From Bacillus siamensis KCTC 13613 (lineage in GTDB: Bacteria > Bacillota > Bacilli > Bacillales > Bacillaceae): a stretch of DNA of 40,000 nt. Shown here in pieces: positions 35,428 to 40,000 of the stretch. The stretch lies in NCBI RefSeq assembly GCF_000262045.1, contig NZ_AJVF01000013.1:653868-693867 (forward strand). The letters are read 5' to 3'. The notes beneath the pieces are model-generated. The model was not told the origin of the DNA and ran no database searches. It saw only the letters and a program-made list of their open reading frames with translations. Position numbers and translations under genes: made by a program. The first letter of the stretch is position 1; every line of letters begins with the position of its first letter.

Positions 35428-35925
35428 TCATTTCTCCCACAATTTTATAAGCGGGCCCGTTTTTCCCGTAAAGGGATCATATTCCGGGAGCGGGACACGG
35501 CTGATTTCTTCTGAAGTTCTATCATTTTTCTCCGTTTTTGTGTCGTACTGCCGGCCGCCCGGATAAGCCCCGATCACGGTGAAATCAGAACTGGCCGACA
35601 GTTTTTTATGTCCGGTGCCGGCCGGAATGACCGCTGCGTCTCCAGTTTGAAGAACGGCGTCTGCGCCTTGTTCCCCGCCGAACCTCAAAACCGCGTTTCC
35701 TTTTACCGCGACGAGAACTTCGTGGGTGGTGCTGTGAAAATGGTGATACGGAAATACTCCGCCCCTCCAGCTGTTCGACCAATCGTGCCGGCGGAGGACG
35801 GATTCCGCTTTCTGTACCGTTTCTTCATTAAATACCGCTTTATAAATGATAAGCGGGAGATTCGGGTTATTCGGAATGCGGCCGTCATCTTCAAAATAAA
35901 GAACTTCAATATCCTCTTTCTGCAT
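35428..35925 (-). CDS. yjlB: cupin-domain protein
   Basis: ATG at 35925 has GGAGGTG 7 nt upstream. A cupin-like motif (HFHSTTHEVL..G..IPAGTGH) is present. Confidence 0.78.
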   Translation of the reverse strand: MQKEDIEVLYFEDDGRIPNNPNLPLIIYKAVFNEETVQKAESVLRRHDWSNSWRGGVFPYHHFHSTTHEVLVAVKGNAVLRFGGEQGADAVLQTGDAAVIPAGTGHKKLSASSDFTVIGAYPGGRQYDTKTEKNDRTSEEISRVPLPEYDPFTGKTGPLIKLWEK

Positions 35926-36054
35926 TGTGTTCACCTCCGTATATGTCTGTTTCCCATTCATCAGTTGTTAAAACGCTATTTTCACATATTCCATTGCGAA
36001 GCCTGCCGGTGAATAGTATAGTATAAAAAAATATGTGTCAAAATGAGGGATTTC

Positions 36055-37038
36055 ATGAAAGCCATCATATTCGGAATATTGGCATCTCTGTTTTTTGCAG
36101 TCACATTTATTTTAAACAGGGCGATGGAGCTTTCCGGCGGAAACTGGATGTGGAGCTCTTCCCTGCGTTTTCTTTTTATGGTTCCGTTTTTATTTCTGAT
36201 CGTTTATGCGAAAGGAAAATGGGTGCCGCTCTGGCATGAAATCCGGAAAAAACCGTTTTTTTGGCTGAAGTGGAGCTTTACCGGCTTCGTGCTTTTTTAT
36301 GCCCCGATTACCTTTGCGGCGGCATACGGGCCGGGCTGGCTGATCGCCGGCACGTGGCAGGTTACAATTGTCGCGGGTGTGCTCCTGTCGCCGTTTTTCT
36401 ATGAAACAAAAGATTCACCGGCGGGCCCGGTTCCCGTCAGACAAAAGATCCCGCTGATTTCGCTGGTTACTTCCGTCATCATCCTGATCGGAGCAGGCCT
36501 GATTCAGCTTCAGCATGCGGGCTCTCTGTCCGGGCGCACGATACTATTCAGTGTTGTGCCGGTCGTCATCGCCGCATTTGCCTATCCGCTCGGCAATCGA
36601 AAAATGCTGGAGCAATACGGCGGTAAACTCGACACGTTTCAGCGCGTGCTCGGCATGACGCTCGCAAGCCTTCCGTTTTGGCTTCTGATCGCCGCTTTCG
36701 GCTGGCACAGAGACGGGCTTCCGTCAATGGGGCAGACATTTCAATCTTTTATCGTCGCGCTCAGCTCGGGTGTTATCGCGACAGTGTTATTTTTCCGCGC
36801 CACCGATATGGTGAGGAATGAGCCGCAGAAGCTCGCTGCTGTTGAAGCGACGCAATCCGGAGAGGTTCTGTTTGCGCTGATCGGCGAGATCGTCTTTTTA
36901 TCCGCAGCGTTTCCGTCACTTCTTTCGTTTGCCGGACTGTTCATTATTATTGCGGGAATGGTCATGCATACATTCGCTTCACGGCAGGCAGACCCGAAAA
37001 CGGCGGAACAAACGGCAGCCGATCTCACCGGTTCCTGA
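36055..37038 (+). CDS. yjlA: DMT-superfamily-like polytopic membrane transporter
   Basis: About ten hydrophobic segments. The start is either ATG at 36055 (GAGGGA 4 nt upstream) or ATG at 36043 (no RBS). Confidence 0.75.
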   Translation: MKAIIFGILASLFFAVTFILNRAMELSGGNWMWSSSLRFLFMVPFLFLIVYAKGKWVPLWHEIRKKPFFWLKWSFTGFVLFYAPITFAAAYGPGWLIAGTWQVTIVAGVLLSPFFYETKDSPAGPVPVRQKIPLISLVTSVIILIGAGLIQLQHAGSLSGRTILFSVVPVVIAAFAYPLGNRKMLEQYGGKLDTFQRVLGMTLASLPFWLLIAAFGWHRDGLPSMGQTFQSFIVALSSGVIATVLFFRATDMVRNEPQKLAAVEATQSGEVLFALIGEIVFLSAAFPSLLSFAGLFIIIAGMVMHTFASRQADPKTAEQTAADLTGS

Positions 37039-37064
37039 TTTTTTTACGAAAGGTGTCATCCTGT

Positions 37065-37802
37065 ATGAAAGAAGAAATTCCGGCAATATCTTTTTTGTCG
37101 GCCGGCAAACGTTTCAAACAAAACAATACGTCCTTTGATGTCCTCAACCAGGTAACCGGACATATCCAAAAAGGCTCTATTACGGCGTTGATAGGGCCGT
37201 CCGGCGCGGGGAAAAGCACACTGCTGTCACTGTGCAATCTGATGAATACACCTGATGAAGGCGAAGTGCTTGTATTCGGAAAAGAAATAAGGCGCTGGGA
37301 CATCGGAGAGCTCAGAAAAACCGCGGGCCTTGCATTCCAGTCAGCTCCCGTCATCGACGGCACAGTGCGGGACAACCTTCTGCTCGCAGAAAAACTTCAC
37401 GGGACACAGCACTATACGCCTGAAGAGCTCGCAGACTTCACTGATCTTCCGCACGGGCTTCTGGATCAGAATGCAAAAGAATTATCCGGCGGACAGCGGC
37501 AGAAGCTCTCGTTGGCGAGAACCCTCGCCAGCCTGCCGTCTATCCTGCTGCTCGATGAAATTACATCGGCCCTGGACCCCACATCTGTTCTCATCATCGA
37601 AAAGCTGATTACAAAGCTCCATCGGCAAAAACAGCTGACGATCCTGTGGATCACTCATAATCTTGAACAAGCGGAACGGATATCCGATACGGTGTGGTTT
37701 ATGGCCGAGAGCAGGCTTTTAGAGATCGCGGAAACGAAAACGTTCTTTAAAGAACCGAAACACGAAAAGGCCCGGGCGCTTTTACAAGGGAGCGGGTGCT
37801 GA
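37065..37802 (+). CDS. yjkB: ABC transporter ATP-binding protein (FetA/YbbL-like)
   Basis: Walker A is GPSGAGKST, signature is LSGGQRQ, and Walker B is ILLLDE. ATG at 37065 has GAAAGGTG 9 nt upstream. Confidence 0.88.
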   Translation: MKEEIPAISFLSAGKRFKQNNTSFDVLNQVTGHIQKGSITALIGPSGAGKSTLLSLCNLMNTPDEGEVLVFGKEIRRWDIGELRKTAGLAFQSAPVIDGTVRDNLLLAEKLHGTQHYTPEELADFTDLPHGLLDQNAKELSGGQRQKLSLARTLASLPSILLLDEITSALDPTSVLIIEKLITKLHRQKQLTILWITHNLEQAERISDTVWFMAESRLLEIAETKTFFKEPKHEKARALLQGSGC

Positions 37803-37803
37803 T

Positions 37804-38565
37804 ATGGATTATCTTTCTCTGTTATTTACAAGTGTATTTGTCATTATCGCTTTATTTCTGTCTAAATCTTTTAAAGCCGGCGTAGAAAAAGATATGATCA
37901 TCGCAACCGTCAGGGCCGTCATTCAGCTTCTCATCATCGGCTATGTGCTGTCGCTGATTTTCCACGGTGATCACCCGGTGTTTATCCTACTCATGGTGCT
38001 TCTTATGCTCACGGCCGCTTCGCATAATGTCGCCAAACGGAAAAAAATGCGGATCGGTTCATTTTGGCGCGTTTATCTGACACTGGCTATTGTGGAAATC
38101 GTGACACAGGGAATTTTACTGGCCCTTCATATCATTCCGTTTACTTCAAGATATGTCATTCCGATAAGCGGCATGGTCATCGGAAACTCCATGGTGCTTT
38201 CAAGCCTGTTTTTAAACCGGCTCAGTTCGGAAGCGGATCTGCGGAAGGAAGAAATTCAGCTGATTCTCTCTCTCGGCGGAACGCCTAAGCAGGCAGTCCG
38301 CCATATATTGACGTCCAGTATGAAACTCAGTATGATACCGACACTGGAAAGCCAGAAAACATTAGGTCTCGTTCAGCTTCCCGGCATGATGACGGGACAG
38401 ATTTTAGCAGGGGCTGATCCGATACAGGCGGTGCGCTTTCAGCTGTTGATCGTTTTTACAACGATGGCCTCCGCTCTTCTTACATGTATCATACTCAGCG
38501 CCTTAACGTATCCATCCCTTTTCACGGAACACTGGCAATTAAAAAAATTCAGCAGGGAAGCTTAG
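37804..38565 (+). CDS. yjkA: UPF0014/FetB-like ABC permease
   Basis: 253 aa, polytopic. It starts 2 nt after the yjkB stop. Confidence 0.82.
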   Translation: MDYLSLLFTSVFVIIALFLSKSFKAGVEKDMIIATVRAVIQLLIIGYVLSLIFHGDHPVFILLMVLLMLTAASHNVAKRKKMRIGSFWRVYLTLAIVEIVTQGILLALHIIPFTSRYVIPISGMVIGNSMVLSSLFLNRLSSEADLRKEEIQLILSLGGTPKQAVRHILTSSMKLSMIPTLESQKTLGLVQLPGMMTGQILAGADPIQAVRFQLLIVFTTMASALLTCIILSALTYPSLFTEHWQLKKFSREA

Positions 38566-38579
38566 GCTTTTCCCTGCTG
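38541..38579 (-). terminator. yjjA terminator overlapping the yjkA 3' end
   Basis: Minus strand reads CAGCAGGGAA-aagcctaagc-TTCCCTGCTG followed by AATTTTTTT. Confidence 0.65.
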
Positions 38580-38588
38580 AATGATTGT

Positions 38589-39407
38589 TTATGACAATGT
38601 CAGAGATTCATAGTAACGGGATAATTCAATAATCATCGCTCCCATCCGCTCAATGTCCGGAGCAAGGACTCTCTCCACCCCTTCATCCTTGATCGCTTCA
38701 GCCGTCACTTTGCCGACTGCGGCGGCAAGAACATGGTTTTCGAATGCTTGCTGCAGTTCTTTTGCGGACCCTTTTTCTTTTGCATAATCAAAGAGAGAAC
38801 GCACTTGAATGGCTGTCGTAAAACAGACGGCGTCAACCTCGCCGTTTAACAGCTCTCCCAGCAGTTTATCAACCGTCTCCCTTTCAGGCGGAATATGCTG
38901 ATAAGGCAGAACGGGGAATACCTCCGCTCCGTTTTTCTCGAAGAATTCCGTTAAAACGGGCGCTTTTTCGCCATGAAGCTGTATCATGACTTTTTTATCT
39001 TTAAAGTCAAACCGTTCCAAGGAGCGGATCAGCCCTCTTGTTGTACCGTCTTCATCAGAGGCATGCGGCGTGATGCCGAGCTTCTTTAAGGCCGCATATG
39101 TTTTATAGCCTCTGCAGCCGATTTTCGCTTCATGTACGGCCGCTAGAAATTCTTCTTTCAGACCTATTTTTTCTGATACGGACAATAACGTTTCCGTCCC
39201 GATGCCTGTGGTGAATATCACCCAGTCGGCTTTTTGCTCAGTAAATGTTCTTACGTCAGGTTCTATCTGATCCTCCGCCAAGTATACGGTTCCTTGGAGG
39301 GAACGGGTGACTGCCGTTCCGCCCTGCTTTTCTATTAATCTTGTGATCTCTTCTGTTTTCCGCGAACCGCCGATGGCAATCCGTTTACCGTTCAATCCTT
39401 TTCCCAT
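38589..39407 (-). CDS. yjjA: uroporphyrinogen-III synthase (HemD)-like protein
   Basis: 272 aa with a HemD-like two-lobe pattern. Synteny supports the call. Confidence 0.75.
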   Translation of the reverse strand: MGKGLNGKRIAIGGSRKTEEITRLIEKQGGTAVTRSLQGTVYLAEDQIEPDVRTFTEQKADWVIFTTGIGTETLLSVSEKIGLKEEFLAAVHEAKIGCRGYKTYAALKKLGITPHASDEDGTTRGLIRSLERFDFKDKKVMIQLHGEKAPVLTEFFEKNGAEVFPVLPYQHIPPERETVDKLLGELLNGEVDAVCFTTAIQVRSLFDYAKEKGSAKELQQAFENHVLAAAVGKVTAEAIKDEGVERVLAPDIERMGAMIIELSRYYESLTLS

Positions 39408-39580
39408 CGCTGTTTTTTCTTCCCTTCAGATGCCGGGCGCCCCATGGCAGGCCGTCATTTATTTCTATTATTGTTACGCAATCAGCCGGGAAAATCAAGA
39501 TATGCTCCGTTGAATCCCCCGTGCAGTTGCTGTATCATTAACCGGGCAGAATGATTTGATTCGCGGAGGGACTTTCAATC

Positions 39581-39766
39581 ATGGAAACAAAAAAAGAGTT
39601 CGAAACAAAAGGTTACGATACTTCGGTCATTTATGAGTTCAATGAATATCCTGATGTTCACAGCGGCCGATGTGATAATTGCGACTATACGCTGTTTAAA
39701 AGCTCAGTGAAGGGCGGAAAATTTTTGCGGGAATGCCGGAGATGCGGCATGAAGAAAAATATATAA
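39581..39766 (+). CDS. 61-aa zinc-ribbon-like protein (hypothetical)
   Basis: RBS GGAGGG. Cysteine motifs CDNC and CRRC are present. A strong terminator follows directly. Confidence 0.6.
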   Translation: METKKEFETKGYDTSVIYEFNEYPDVHSGRCDNCDYTLFKSSVKGGKFLRECRRCGMKKNI

Positions 39767-39767
39767 C

Positions 39768-39801
39768 AAAACAGGCAGCCGTCCGGCGCTGCCTGTTTTT
39801 T
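39768..39801. terminator. bidirectional terminator
   Basis: Sequence is AAAACAGGCAGC-cgtccggc-GCTGCCTGTTTT, followed by additional T. Confidence 0.8.
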
Positions 39802-39804
39802 CAA

Positions 39805-40000
39805 TCAATTTTCGACGGACGCCTCTTTCAGAAATTCTTCAATGGCACAAACAGCCTGTTTGGCGCCGCCGGTTTCTTCTATTTTCTGCTGCATGCTTTT
39901 CACACGGCTGAGGATGTTTTTATCACCGTAAACTTTCTGAACGTCTTTTTGGAGACGCGCCGCAGTGACTTCCTTCGGCGGCAGATGCACGCCGAGCCCC
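39805..40000 (-). CDS. yjiC: C-terminal end of a UDP-glycosyltransferase (MGT family); 5' part lies outside the window
   Basis: The frame is open to the window edge and encodes ..GLGVHLPPKEVTAARLQKDVQKVYGDKNILSRVKSMQQKIEETGG. Synteny next to yjjA supports the call. Confidence 0.65.
   Translation of the reverse strand, partial: GLGVHLPPKEVTAARLQKDVQKVYGDKNILSRVKSMQQKIEETGGAKQAVCAIEEFLKEASVEN

Overview
This window is a Bacillus subtilis-group chromosome segment. Gene order and protein sequences match my memory of the B. subtilis 168 yjiC-to-xepA interval but are clearly diverged, so it is probably the B. amyloliquefaciens/velezensis clade (inference only).

Positions 1-26103 are most of a PBSX-type defective prophage (contractile phage-tail-like bacteriocin). 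The minus strand carries the canonical order: small ORF, xkdB, xkdC, Zn-ribbon ORF, xkdD, xtrA, xpf (sigma-like late activator), xtmA, xtmB, xkdE (portal), xkdF, xkdG (capsid), connector genes, xkdK (sheath), xkdM (tube), xkdN (chaperone with a -1 frameshift extension), xkdO (4.9-kb tape measure), xkdP through xkdX, and the start of xepA. Most late genes are joined by ATGA/TAATG/GTGA stop-start overlaps. The divergent switch (xre repressor, four operators, LexA box, ImmA-like xkdA) lies at 24.7-26.1 kb.

Positions 26.2-40 kb are flanking chromosome:
- yjqB (gamma-PGA hydrolase-like), yjqA and xlyB (amidase)
- rapA-phrA
- yjoA and yjnA
- an orphan exuR beside a decayed hexuronate locus
- yjlC-ndh with a Rex box
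- yjlB, yjlA, yjkB-yjkA, yjjA and the 3' end of yjiC

I saw no rRNA, tRNA, CRISPR array, transposase, integrase or att site. I could not identify a convincing new multi-gene system. The signals most worth follow-up are:
- the SOS-box / ImmA-like protease / Xre relay
- terminator-like hairpins that insulate xpf and punctuate the late operon
- very recent in-frame tandem-repeat expansion in the tape measure gene
- the canonical A_AAA_AAC frameshift site in xkdN
- a triplicated tail-fibre module in xkdV
- two unannotated short ORFs in the early operon
- the deletion scar around exuR

All homology statements come from motif reading and memory. None has been checked by database search.
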